A DNA stretch of 64,000 nucleotides from Candidatus Latescibacterota bacterium (GTDB taxonomy: Bacteria > Latescibacterota > UBA2968 > UBA8231): NCBI GenBank assembly GCA_964291625.2, contig OZ220089.1:4160001-4224000 (forward strand). The letters are read 5' to 3'. The position numbers were made by a program, and so were the translations under genes. The notes under the pieces were generated by a model. It searched no databases, had not been told where the DNA came from, and saw nothing but the letters and a program-made list of their open reading frames with translations. Shown piece by piece: positions 1 through 11,276 of this stretch. Numbering within the stretch: position 1 is the first letter of the stretch; every line of letters starts with the position of its first letter.

Positions 1-558
1 CTTCAGTTCTCCCCCGACGACCGCCGCTTCGTCTTCCTCCACCGCTGGCAGACGAGCCCCGACGCCCCCCGCCATCACCGCATGATCACGGCGCGGCCCG
101 ACGGCGGCGAGGTGGCCATCGTCGCCTCCCACGGCGCCGTCTCCCACTTCGACTGGCGCGACCCGGACCACATCCTGGCCTGGGGCTTCCACCGGGGCAT
201 CGGCGACCGCTACCTCCTCTTCCGGGACCGCTCCCACCACCAGGTGGAGGTGCTCGGCGAGGGCCAGCTGACCGAGGACGGCCACTGCAGCTACTCGCCC
301 GGCGGCCGCTGGCTGCTCACCGACACCTATCCCCGGGGCGGGACCACCCGCACCCTGATCCTCTACGACCTGGCCGGGGACCGGCGGATCGACGTGGGGC
401 GGTTCCACTCGCCGCCCGCCATCACCGGCGAGATCCGCTGCGACCTCCACCCCCGCTGGAACCGCGACGGCACGCAGGTCTGCATCGATTCGGCCCACGA
501 GGGCCACCGCCAGCTCTACATCGTCGACGTGAGCGGCCTCACCGCCGCCGGCGGCTGA
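1..558 (+). CDS. TolB-like/oligogalacturonate-lyase-like beta-propeller protein, 5'-truncated by the window edge
   Basis: Frame 1 is open from base 1 (LQFSPDDRRFVFLHRW...). Propeller-type motifs GHCSYSPGGRWLLTDTYP and RCDLHPRWNRDGTQVCIDS. Confidence 0.75.
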   Translation, partial: LQFSPDDRRFVFLHRWQTSPDAPRHHRMITARPDGGEVAIVASHGAVSHFDWRDPDHILAWGFHRGIGDRYLLFRDRSHHQVEVLGEGQLTEDGHCSYSPGGRWLLTDTYPRGGTTRTLILYDLAGDRRIDVGRFHSPPAITGEIRCDLHPRWNRDGTQVCIDSAHEGHRQLYIVDVSGLTAAGG

Positions 559-582
559 GAGCTCCGGCGCCGGCCGGCCCCG

Positions 583-3126
583 TCAGCTTCCGAAGATCCC
601 CGAGTCGAACCGCGCCAGGCTCGCCCCGGCGCTCCAGCCGGCCCGGTCCAGCCGCCGGGTGACGTCGAGGCGCAGCAGGTGGAAGACCACCAGCGAGAGC
701 CCGGCCTCGTGGCGGAAGCCGTCCTGGTAGCGCGGATCGTAGCCCAGGCCGGCCAGGCGCTGCGGGTCGATCCAGGTGCGGCCGGACGCCCCGTGCACCA
801 CCAGCCCCGCCCCGCGCATGGCGAGGTCCCAGAGTCCCAGCAGCTCGAAGGGGGCGCTCTTGAAGTCGTGCTCCCAGTAGAGGGCGGCGTAGTGCTCGCC
901 TTCGTGGGGATGGCCGCGCACGCTGCGGAAGGCGCCGAAGGGGGAGAAGGGGAGCAAGCCGGCCTCCAGGGCGCCGAAGCGCTGCAGAGGCAGGCGGCCG
1001 AAGGCGTAGCCCGCCACCAGCCGCAGGGACAGGGCGTTCGGGGTGGAGCGCCGCCGGAGGAAGGTCGGGAAGTGGCCGTCGAGGGCCAGGTGCAGGCGCG
1101 TGAAGGAGAAGTCGCCGCCGAGCAGGCCGCCGTGCTCCGCCTTCGCCTCCACGCGCCGGTTGGCCCTCAGCCCGAAGGGCCGGTAGGGGCCGCCCCACTC
1201 GAAGCGGGCCTCCAGCGAGCGCAGCCGGCCCTCCTCGACGGCGGGATTCGGCCGCGGCTGCCAGTCGCGGCCCAGGAGATTGAAGCGGGTCGTCTCCGCC
1301 AGGGAGGAGTGGTCCTCGTCCCGGAGGCCCGCCTCCAGGGCGGTCCGGCCCGGCAGCCACAGCCGCAGGCGGGCGCGCATGCCCTCGCGCCAGTACCAGT
1401 CGAAGTAGTCGTCCAGGCCCAGCAGGCTCTGGGCGCTGTTGAGCAGCGGGGTCCAGCTGTCCGAAGGACTGCGCGGCGCCTTGCCGCTGCCGTATTCCAG
1501 GTCGACCCGGAGGCGGGTCGTGACCCGGGACTGGACCAGGGTGTGGCCCGGGGTCGTGGTCGTGGTCCGCTCCTCCTTCTGCCATCCCCAGGCGGCGTGG
1601 CCGCGCCAGGACCCGCGCTTGAGGCCCAGATCCCAGGCGCCGCCGCCTCCCGCCTCCAGGCCCGCGAGACCGGCCCCTCCGGGACCAGGGCTCCAGACCA
1701 TGGTCGTCCCCGGCGCGGCCTCCTGCCACCGGGGCGCCTGCCACCTGCGGCTTCCCGCCAGGCCCAGGTGGGCTCCACCGACGCGGTCGTAGAGCAGATC
1801 CGGCTTCCAGTCGATCCCCGCCGGCCGCCCCGGGCCCGCGCCCTTCGCGGCTGGCTGACTGACGGCGCCCTTCCCGTCCTCCTCTCCCATGTCCGGGAGG
1901 AGCCGTCGGGCGAGGAACCCCGTGGGCCGGAAGGCCCGTTCCAGCCGCAGGGTGCTGTCTATGGTGGCGTAGGCCTCCCGCTCCCGGTCGGAGAGGGGCA
2001 CCTTGTCCGCCAGTCCGGCGAAGGTGCTGTCCCGGGCCACGGCCGCGGTATCGACGCGCACTACCGGCCCGCCGGCGTAGAGCGAGTCGGGCAGGTCGGC
2101 GTTGACCTCGTAGTCGTCGAGCCGCGTCAGGGAGGAGAACCGGGCCGCGGGGAAGCGCAGCCCGGCCATGCCGATCTTCGCCTCCAGCGAGAACCGGTGG
2201 TCCACCGGCAGCCAGACCTCCCCGAAGCCGCGGAACTGCTGGCGCCAGGCCAGGTCCAGGCGCTCCAGCACGGGCAGGGGTACGGCCGAGGTCAGGACCG
2301 CCCGGCTGGGCGCCAGGTCCACCTCGAGGAGGACGAAGGCCCCGTCGAGGACCGAGACGCGGCCCGTGAAGGCGGCCGCCAGCCGGCTCCTCGGCTCCAC
2401 GGAGATGTCGAAGACCACCCGGTCGTCCAGGTAGCGCCGGCCCACCAGGCGGAACCGGTAGTGGTCGAGGGCCTCCGGGTGGGTCGGACCGATCAGCGTC
2501 TGTCCGACCATGTGGATGTCGTCGTCGTAGAAGTCGACGAACCCCTCCAGGGCCGGGGTGATGCCGGTCTCCCCCTCCACGTTGCGGGTGGTGCGGCGGG
2601 ACTTGACCACCTCGCGCAGGCCGCGGTCCCGGTCCCAGTAGATCTCCGAGGCGGTCTCGCCGATGGTGACGATGCCGTCGTCGTTCTCCAGGACCCGGCG
2701 CGTGTAGGCGCGGGCGCGGTACCCGGCCACCAGCGGCCTCCAGACCTGCTTGTTGCGGATCACCCGGGCCATGATCCCCTCCGCCGGGTCCCCGGGGGTG
2801 ACCACGAGGGGCTCGAGGGGGTAAGGCGCCGGGACCAGGGCGAAGTCCACCGGTCCCGGAGGCGCCGTCAGGACGCTGTCCCGGGAGGCGTAGCCGATGT
2901 GGGTCACCTCCAGGCCCGCCGGCCAGCGGCGGACCTCGATGCGGTACTCGCCCTCGTCGTTGGCGATGGTGCCGCGGTAGGAGCCGGCCAGCCGCACCGT
3001 GGCCGCGGGCAGGGGCTGCCCCGTGGCCGCGTCGACGACGGAGCCCTGCACCCACCAGGGCTGGCCCTGGGCGGAACCCGCCCACAGGAGGGCCAGCACC
3101 GCCAGTCCCCTCGTCGCGGCGCCCAT
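583..3126 (-). CDS. Outer-membrane protein with N-terminal carboxypeptidase-regulatory-like domain and DUF5686-type barrel
   Basis: Signal peptide MGAATRGLAVLALLWAGSAQG, then VQGSVVDAATGQPLPAATV...GTIANDEGEY...THIGY (CarboxypepD_reg-like), PTHPEALDHYRFRL and C-terminal beta-strands. The ATG overlaps the kinase stop codon (TGATG). Confidence 0.8.
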   Translation of the reverse strand: MGAATRGLAVLALLWAGSAQGQPWWVQGSVVDAATGQPLPAATVRLAGSYRGTIANDEGEYRIEVRRWPAGLEVTHIGYASRDSVLTAPPGPVDFALVPAPYPLEPLVVTPGDPAEGIMARVIRNKQVWRPLVAGYRARAYTRRVLENDDGIVTIGETASEIYWDRDRGLREVVKSRRTTRNVEGETGITPALEGFVDFYDDDIHMVGQTLIGPTHPEALDHYRFRLVGRRYLDDRVVFDISVEPRSRLAAAFTGRVSVLDGAFVLLEVDLAPSRAVLTSAVPLPVLERLDLAWRQQFRGFGEVWLPVDHRFSLEAKIGMAGLRFPAARFSSLTRLDDYEVNADLPDSLYAGGPVVRVDTAAVARDSTFAGLADKVPLSDREREAYATIDSTLRLERAFRPTGFLARRLLPDMGEEDGKGAVSQPAAKGAGPGRPAGIDWKPDLLYDRVGGAHLGLAGSRRWQAPRWQEAAPGTTMVWSPGPGGAGLAGLEAGGGGAWDLGLKRGSWRGHAAWGWQKEERTTTTTPGHTLVQSRVTTRLRVDLEYGSGKAPRSPSDSWTPLLNSAQSLLGLDDYFDWYWREGMRARLRLWLPGRTALEAGLRDEDHSSLAETTRFNLLGRDWQPRPNPAVEEGRLRSLEARFEWGGPYRPFGLRANRRVEAKAEHGGLLGGDFSFTRLHLALDGHFPTFLRRRSTPNALSLRLVAGYAFGRLPLQRFGALEAGLLPFSPFGAFRSVRGHPHEGEHYAALYWEHDFKSAPFELLGLWDLAMRGAGLVVHGASGRTWIDPQRLAGLGYDPRYQDGFRHEAGLSLVVFHLLRLDVTRRLDRAGWSAGASLARFDSGIFGS

Positions 3127-4420
3127 CAGAAGCGGATGGAGAACCGCGTCGGCTCGCCGGCCGGGCTCTCCAGGGAGAAGGCGAAGCGGTGGCGCCCCAG
3201 GATCTCCTGCACCAGGGTCAGGCCGAGGCCCCGGCGGTTCTCCCGGGTGCTGAAGAAGGGGGTGAAGAGGCTCTCGGCCACCTCGGGGTCGATCCCCGGC
3301 CCCGAGTCCTCGATCACGGCGAAGGGCCGGTCCTCGACCCCCAGGCGAATGGTGATGCGCCCGTCCTCGCCGATCGCCTCCACCGCGTTCCTCAGGACGT
3401 TGACGAAGACCTGCTCCATCTGGCCCTCGTCCATGGCGACCGGGGCCAGCTCCTCCTGCACCTGCCACTCCCACTCGATCCGGCGCTGCTCGCACTCGGC
3501 GCGCATGAGCAGGGCGATGCCGCGCAGCAGGGCCTCCAGGTCCACCGGGCGGGGGCGCGGCGCCGGCAGCCGCACCACGTCGGCGTAGCTGCGCATGAAG
3601 GCGCTGAGGTGGTCGATGCGGCCGCTGGCCACCCGCAGGGCGTTCTCGAAGTCGCCGCGGTCGGCCTCGCGCAGCTGGTCCTTGTAGTGGAGACAGGAGT
3701 GGAGCAGGGAGTTGACGGCTCCCGTCGAGTTGTTCACCTCGTGCGAGAGCAGGCGGATCACCTTCTCGTAGGCCTCCTTCTCCGACAGGCGCAGTTCCTC
3801 GGTGAGCTCCTCCATGAGGATGAAGTGGCGGGGGAAGCCCTGGTCGATGAACTGCGACCTGCGGCAGCGCACGCGCCGGCCCTGCACCCGCAGGACCTCG
3901 GACCCGCCCACGTCGAGAGCCTCCAGGGAGCGGCCGAAGTCCGTGCCCAGCTCGTCGAGCCCGCGGCCCTCGGCCTCGTCCCCGGCCAGCCCCAGGAGGC
4001 GCGCCGCGGCGGGGTTGGCCAGGGCGATCCGGCCGTCGAAGTCGAGGGTGACGATCCCCGACGGCGACGCCGCCAGGATCCTGTCCATGAAGTGGTGCTG
4101 TTCCTCCAGCCGCGTGCGCTCCTCGCGAAGCTGGTCGATCATGCGGTTGTACACGCCCACGAGGCGGTCCATCTCCGGCTGGCCCACCTCGATGAACTTG
4201 CTGGTGAAGTCCTGCTCGCCGATCAGCTCGGCGCCGGTGCCGATCAGGTCGAGGGGCACCCGCAGGTGGTGGACCAGGCGTGCGCCGGCCAGGAAGGAGA
4301 GGAGGAAGAACAGCTCGAGGGCGAGGAGCCACGGCTTCTCGTCGATCAGCAGGTACCCGGAGACCCCGGCGAATACGAGGTGGATGCCGAGCAGGTAGAG
4401 GATCAGCTTGAGGCGCAGGC

Positions 4421-4424
<4 letters not shown>
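3126..4424 (-). CDS. Sensor histidine kinase (2 TM, HAMP, PAS; NtrY-like)
   Basis: H-box LSHEVNNS, N-box NVLRNAVEA, G1 DSGPGI, F-box LFTPFFST, G2 GLGL. TTG start overlaps the regulator stop codon (TTGA). Confidence 0.9.
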
Positions 4425-5814
<1,390 letters not shown>

Positions 5815-5818
<4 letters not shown>

Positions 5819-6981
5819 TCGGAGTGCAGGGCCTCGGCCGGCCGCACGCGGCAGGCGAGCCGCCCCGGGTAGAGACTGCAGACGACCACGAGCCCGTAGA
5901 CGACCAGGGCCGACAGGACCAGGCTCAGGGCGAAGATCCCGCCGCCGTAGTCGAGCAGGTCGAGCAGGGGCAGCTGCACGATCAGCACCGCGGCGGCGAG
6001 GACGCCGGCGCTGGCCACGATCAGCATCTCCCCCGTCAGCTGGGAAAAGATACCGACCGCCGACCCGCCCAGGGCCCTCCTCAGACCGATCTCCTCGACC
6101 CTCAGGGTGGCCCGCTGCCAGAGCACGCCGCTCAGGGAGAGGGCCACCATGGCCAGGACCAGGGCCGAGACGACCCCGAGGGCGAAGAGGGGCACCAGGG
6201 TCAGCTTGAAGGCCGAGGCGCGGTCCTCCGCCAGGGTGGTGATCCTCACGCCGTGGCCCGGCGCCAGGGCCCGGAGCCGCCGGTCGATCTCCTCCTGGGC
6301 CGCCAGGGGGGTGCCGGCGCGCACCTCGACCAGGAACTGAGCGGGATCGTCCTCCCCAAGGCGCTGGAATACGAAGAACCCGGGATCGGACAGCTCGCCG
6401 CCGCGGCGGTAGTCGGATACGACCCCGACGATTCGCCCGTGGAAGCCTTGCCATTCCTCGATGCGCCGGCCGAGGGGGTCCTCGTCGCCGAAGAGGGCCT
6501 CGGCGAGGGGCCGGGTGACCACGACCGGGTCCCAGTCCAGGGCCGCGTCCTCCTCGCCGAACCACCGGCCGCTGACCAGCTCGATCCCGAGGGTGTGGTG
6601 GAACTCGTCGGAGACGACGCCGTTGGAGACGAAGCGCCCGTCCACGGTGAACTGGGACTGGAAGCCGAAGGCGAAGGGGAGGGCGATGTACTCCGCGGAG
6701 GCGACCGACTCGACCCAGTCGAACCCCCGCAGGGCCAGGTAGACCTGCTCGCGGCTCACGGGCGCGGCTTCCCCGTCCGGCTGCAACAGTCCGTCCGGGT
6801 GGAAGGCCACCACCCACCGGTCCTCGTAGGAGTACCCGAGGGGCCGCCGGTAGTTGGCGGACTTGTCGAGGGCGAGGGAGAGGGTGACGAAGAGGAGCAC
6901 GAAGGAGATGAAGATCTGCAGGGTTGTGAGCCCGTTCGACCTCCTGCGGTTCCAGACGATCTTGCACAGGTGGCGGATCAT
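5815..6981 (-). CDS. ABC transporter permease, MacB/FtsX family (type B, pair 3)
   Basis: Starts MIRHLCKIVWNRRR, has MacB periplasmic core (GRWF...IVGVV), RVEEIGLRRALG and C-terminal PAEALHSE. Confidence 0.9.
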
Positions 6982-8225
6982 CGGTTCCTCCTCCGGAAGG
7001 CCTCCACCACGTGGAGGCGGGACATCTTCCACGCCGGCCAGACGCCGGAGACGAGACCGAAGAACAGGGTCATCACCAGGCCGTAGAGGAAGATGCGGTG
7101 GTTCAGCTGGAAGTCGGCGTACTGGACGACGGCGGCGGCGCCGAGCATCTGCAGGACCAGCCAGGTCAGGGCCAGCCCCAGGGCGCCCCCGAGGAGGGTG
7201 AGGATGACGTTCTCCGCCAGGAACTGCCCCACCAGGGTCAGCGACGACCCGCCGAAGGCCTTGCGCACGCCGATCTCGGAGGCGCGCTCGAGGATGCGGG
7301 TGGTGTTGATGTTGACCAGGCTGACCACGGGCAGGAGCATGAAGAGCAGGGCCAGGACGACGACGAGGACCATGAGGCCGCGGCCGGTCAGCGCGCCGAG
7401 GGCGAAGACGATGTTCGCCACCATGTCCAGCAGGGTCGTCGGGCTGGCGACGAGGCGGTTGATCTCACCGGGATTGGGGTACTCGATGCGCGTGAGCACG
7501 TCGGCGAACTCCTCGTGAATGAGGGGGATCGCCGCCGCTCCGGGCGCCAGGATCAGCGCCTGGAAGTGCCCGAAGAGCGAGTCGTACCGGCGGTAGGCGC
7601 CGGTCCCGAAGGCGCTGTGGGGCACCCAGATGTCGGCGAAGGGGACCATGCGGTAGAACGGCACGTCGGGCACGACCCCGACGACGCGGAAAGGCAGGCC
7701 CTTCAGCTCGATGTACTTGCCGACGGCCTCTTCCTCCGCGAAGAACACGCGGCGCGTCGCCTCGTTGATCACCGCCACCCGCCGGCCCTCCTCCACCTCC
7801 TCCCCGGAGTAGGGGCGCCCTTCGAGGAAGTCGAACTCGAGGATCTCCCAGAACACCCCGTCCGTGCACTTGAGCTGGGACTCGACCTTCCCGCCCTCGC
7901 GGAAGGTGGTCACCGTGGTGCTCGTGCGGTAGATGGAGACCTTCTCCGCATTCGCCAGGGGCGAGACGTAGCGCTCGAGGAAGGCGTAGCTCGGCCCCTG
8001 GAGGCGATAGCCCGGCGACTCGTCGTGCTCGCCCCTCATGGAGCTCACCAGCAGGGTGCGGTCCGAGCGCGTCTCCGGGGGAAAGGAGCCGAAGACGTGG
8101 TCGAACAAGGAGGCCGCCACCATCAGCACCATGAGGGTGAAGCTGATGGTGAAGAGGCTGATGCAGGTGAACAGCTTGCGCCGCAGCAGCACCTTGAGGG
8201 CCATCTTCGTGTAGTTCTTCAGCAT
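6978..8225 (-). CDS. ABC transporter permease, MacB/FtsX family (type A, pair 3)
   Basis: MLKNYTKMALKVLLRRK, ERASEIGVRKAFG, 4-TM FtsX topology. Confidence 0.92.
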   Translation of the reverse strand: MLKNYTKMALKVLLRRKLFTCISLFTISFTLMVLMVAASLFDHVFGSFPPETRSDRTLLVSSMRGEHDESPGYRLQGPSYAFLERYVSPLANAEKVSIYRTSTTVTTFREGGKVESQLKCTDGVFWEILEFDFLEGRPYSGEEVEEGRRVAVINEATRRVFFAEEEAVGKYIELKGLPFRVVGVVPDVPFYRMVPFADIWVPHSAFGTGAYRRYDSLFGHFQALILAPGAAAIPLIHEEFADVLTRIEYPNPGEINRLVASPTTLLDMVANIVFALGALTGRGLMVLVVVLALLFMLLPVVSLVNINTTRILERASEIGVRKAFGGSSLTLVGQFLAENVILTLLGGALGLALTWLVLQMLGAAAVVQYADFQLNHRIFLYGLVMTLFFGLVSGVWPAWKMSRLHVVEAFRRRNR

Positions 8226-8746
8226 GACGACCTCCGCGTGAAAGGTTGCCTGGCCCGGGTCAGTCGATGAACTCGAGGGTGCCCTTCATGGCGACCACCC
8301 CGAGGACCGAGCACCAGTCCCCAGAAGAAGCCATCGTTGCGGCTCTCCACTCTCCTTTTGCGAAGACGCTTCCCATGGCCTTCCCGGTACCCCTGGACGT
8401 ACTCGATGCCCTTACCCCGGATGGCCCCGTACTCCTTCTGCGTCATCGAGCCGTCGCTCGGGGTGTATCCGTCGCACACGAACAGACCGACGAAGCTGAA
8501 GCCGCACACGTAGCCGGACAGCCACCACCACCGGGTCCCCTTGAACTCGGCGGCCATCTCGCCGTCGAGGGCGCCCTGCTCCCGCGAGTACCCCGGCAGG
8601 ACGGGCTGCGGCTCTCCGGACGGCCCCTGGGCGAGCACGAATCCCAGGTGCCGCCTCTCGCCCGGCGGTTCCAGTCGAGCCTCCCCATGCGCGCCCGTCA
8701 GACTCAGAAGACCAAGCAGCACGAGGACTGCCGACATCGGCTTCAT
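8219..8746 (-). CDS. Small secreted/membrane hypothetical protein; possible frameshift near the 3' end (alternative stop at 8260)
   Basis: Strong RBS (AGAAGGAGGGAG) before ATG 8746, signal peptide MKPMSAVLVLLGLLSLTGAHG, hydrophobic WWWLSGYVCGFSFVGLF segment. Confidence 0.55.
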   Translation of the reverse strand: MKPMSAVLVLLGLLSLTGAHGEARLEPPGERRHLGFVLAQGPSGEPQPVLPGYSREQGALDGEMAAEFKGTRWWWLSGYVCGFSFVGLFVCDGYTPSDGSMTQKEYGAIRGKGIEYVQGYREGHGKRLRKRRVESRNDGFFWGLVLGPRGGRHEGHPRVHRLTRARQPFTRRSSC

Positions 8747-8768
8747 CACTCCCTCCTTCTGGTTTCTT

Positions 8769-9947
8769 TCAGTAGTCATGGTGCAGGGCCTCGGCCGGCT
8801 TCACCCGCGCCGCCAGCCAGCTGGGGTAGAGTCCGCACAGCATCACCCCCAGGTAGAGGACGAGGGCCGTGGCCCCCACGCCGGCGGCCGCCACGGGCCC
8901 CGGCACCCGGCTCCCGAGCACCATGTCCAGCAGCCCGAGTTGGAGCAGGGGCCAGCAGCCCAGGGCGATGGCCGCGGTCACCAGCACCGCCAGCTCTCCC
9001 AGGAACTGGCCGTAGATGCGGCCGGCCGGCGCCCCCACGGCGCGGCGGATGCCGATCTCGCGGGTGCGGCGGCGCACGTTCAGCCACATGATGCCGATCA
9101 GGCCGAGAGCCACCATGAGCATCATCAGGCCGCTGATGGCGGCGATGAAGGCCAGGTTCATGAGCCGATCCAGGCGGGAGTCCTCGCGGATCTGCGCCAG
9201 GGACTCGACCCCGAAGTTCACGGACTGGCCGGCAGGGAGGACCTCCCGGATCCTGGACCGGAGCCTCTCGCCGAGGGCGGGTCCGGAGCCCGGGGAAGCC
9301 TCTACGAGGAAGATGATCCAGCTCTGCCTGGGGGTTTCCAGCCACCGGTCGGAGAAACGCAGGAAGACGAACCCCGGCACCTCCGCGTGCTGGTAGCTGC
9401 CGTAGTAGAAACAGCTCTCCACCACCCCGACGACGCGGACCTCGTCCGGGGAGTCCCCGATCGTCCGCCCCAGCGGATCGTCGCCGCCGAAGAGGGCCTG
9501 GCTCAGCTCCCGGTCGATCACCGCCGGGGTCCAGTCGAGGGCCTCGTCCTCGGGCCGGAACCAGCGTCCGGCGAGCAGCCGCAGCCCCAGGGCTTCCAGG
9601 CCCTCGTCCGAGACGTGGACGGCGCTGATCCCGTTCCAGTAGTCGGAGAAGCGGAGGGGCGCCTGGCTGGCCAGGGCCACGGCCTGGACTCCGTCGACGG
9701 CCCGAAGCTCGCGTCCGACCAGGTCGACATCACGCAGGTCCTCCGGGCCCAGGAGATCCCCTACGCTCAGTCTGACGGACCACACGTTCTCGTGCTCGAA
9801 GCCGAGGGGCCTGAGCCGTTCCGCGGCAAAGAGCACCCAGCCGGCGGTCAGGGGCGTGAGCACCAGGAACGCCAGGAGCAGCTCGGCCACGAGGAGCAGG
9901 TACCGCCGCCGCCGGTTCCACGCCAGTCGGCACAGATGAGCGATCAT
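8769..9947 (-). CDS. ABC transporter permease, MacB/FtsX family (type B, pair 2)
   Basis: MIAHLCRLAWNRRRR, RRTREIGIRRAVGA, C-terminal PAEALHHDY. ATGA overlap with the upstream gene. Confidence 0.9.
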   Translation of the reverse strand: MIAHLCRLAWNRRRRYLLLVAELLLAFLVLTPLTAGWVLFAAERLRPLGFEHENVWSVRLSVGDLLGPEDLRDVDLVGRELRAVDGVQAVALASQAPLRFSDYWNGISAVHVSDEGLEALGLRLLAGRWFRPEDEALDWTPAVIDRELSQALFGGDDPLGRTIGDSPDEVRVVGVVESCFYYGSYQHAEVPGFVFLRFSDRWLETPRQSWIIFLVEASPGSGPALGERLRSRIREVLPAGQSVNFGVESLAQIREDSRLDRLMNLAFIAAISGLMMLMVALGLIGIMWLNVRRRTREIGIRRAVGAPAGRIYGQFLGELAVLVTAAIALGCWPLLQLGLLDMVLGSRVPGPVAAAGVGATALVLYLGVMLCGLYPSWLAARVKPAEALHHDY

Positions 9948-11236
9948 CCCTCCCTCCCGGTCAGAGCCCGGACGGGGTGCAGGCGCGCCATTCTCCAGGC
10001 GGGATACGCTCCGGAGACCGTGCCGAAGAACAAGGCGAGCAACACGCCGTAGAAGAAGGTGCGCGCCAACACGCCGGTATCGATGTGAGCCAGGCCCGCC
10101 ACCGCGAAGGGCGCCAGGATGGCCCAGCTGAAGGGCAGACTGAGCGCTCCACCCATCAAGGTGAGGAGCACGTTCTCCGCTACGAACTGCCCCACCAGGA
10201 TGCGGGTCGAGGCGCCGAAGGACTTGCGCACTCCGATCTCGGAGGTGCGCTCCTCGATGCGGCCCATGTTGAGGTTGACCAGGTGAAGGGCCGGCAGGAG
10301 CATGAACAGCAGCGCACCGCCGGCCAGGGTGAGCAGCCACCACCGGAGCCGGGCCACCGCCGCCCGCTGCGGATCCTCGCCTGTCCTGAAGTCATCGGCC
10401 CAATCTCCCTTGCTTTCCTGGGCCCACTTCTCCAGCGTGGTGAGCAGCGGAGCGGATATGTCGATGACGGTCAGGTGCTCGTGGGGTGGAGGTTCCACCT
10501 GCTTCAGTACGGCGGCGAACTCGGCGCGGATGCGCTCCCTGTGCGCCGGCTTCGGTGCCAACACGGCCGCGTTGAAGTTTCCGTTGAGCTTGTAGGTGCG
10601 CCACTCCCCGGAGGGAGCGGTGGTCAGCGGCACCCAGACTTCGGCGAGCGTTCTCGTGCGGATGAGGAAGTCGGCCACCACGCCGACGATGCGGTAGTTC
10701 CGGCCGTCGATGGACACGCTCTCTCCCACCACTTCCTCCGACCCGAAGGACCGGCGGCTGAATTCGGCGCCGATGACGGCCACGAAATCCCCGGACTCCA
10801 CTTCCTCGGCGGTGTAGGGCCGGCCCTGGCGGAAGTCATAGCGGAAGACCTCCCAGAAATCCCCATCGGTCATTCTCACCTCCACCTGAACGTCCTCCGC
10901 TCCACCGTGTATTCCCCTGTGGTCGACATCGGAGAACACGGTCACCCTTTCCGCCGTCTTCAGCGTTCGCACGTAGCGGTCCAGGAAGGCGTAGCTGGGC
11001 TTCCAGATCACCGGCCCGGGCGTTTCCGCCGAGGCATGCTGCACGATCAGCCAGTCGAGATACAGCGTGCGGCCGGCGTGGACCTCGGGCGGTATGGGGC
11101 CTGCTTCCTGGTCGATGAAGGCCGCCGCCACCATGAGCACCACCAGGGTGAAGCAGATGCCGAAGAGGTTGACGGCGGTGAAGAACTTGTGCCGCCAGAA
11201 CACCTTGAGGGCGACCTTGACGTAGTTCCTAAACAC
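9944..11236 (-). CDS. ABC transporter permease, MacB/FtsX family (type A, pair 2)
   Basis: GTG start after GAGAGGAG. (M)FRNYVKVALKVFWRHK, ERTSEIGVRKSFGA. Confidence 0.9.
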   Translation of the reverse strand: MFRNYVKVALKVFWRHKFFTAVNLFGICFTLVVLMVAAAFIDQEAGPIPPEVHAGRTLYLDWLIVQHASAETPGPVIWKPSYAFLDRYVRTLKTAERVTVFSDVDHRGIHGGAEDVQVEVRMTDGDFWEVFRYDFRQGRPYTAEEVESGDFVAVIGAEFSRRSFGSEEVVGESVSIDGRNYRIVGVVADFLIRTRTLAEVWVPLTTAPSGEWRTYKLNGNFNAAVLAPKPAHRERIRAEFAAVLKQVEPPPHEHLTVIDISAPLLTTLEKWAQESKGDWADDFRTGEDPQRAAVARLRWWLLTLAGGALLFMLLPALHLVNLNMGRIEERTSEIGVRKSFGASTRILVGQFVAENVLLTLMGGALSLPFSWAILAPFAVAGLAHIDTGVLARTFFYGVLLALFFGTVSGAYPAWRMARLHPVRALTGREG

Positions 11237-11276
11237 CTGCACTCCTCTCAGTGGGACGCGTATCGCCCATGATCCC

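Noticed and set aside
539-3588. Long ORFs 539..3085(-) and 679..3588(+)
   Set aside because: They are Arg/Pro/Gly-rich or antisense shadow frames of the DUF5686 gene, as expected at very high GC.
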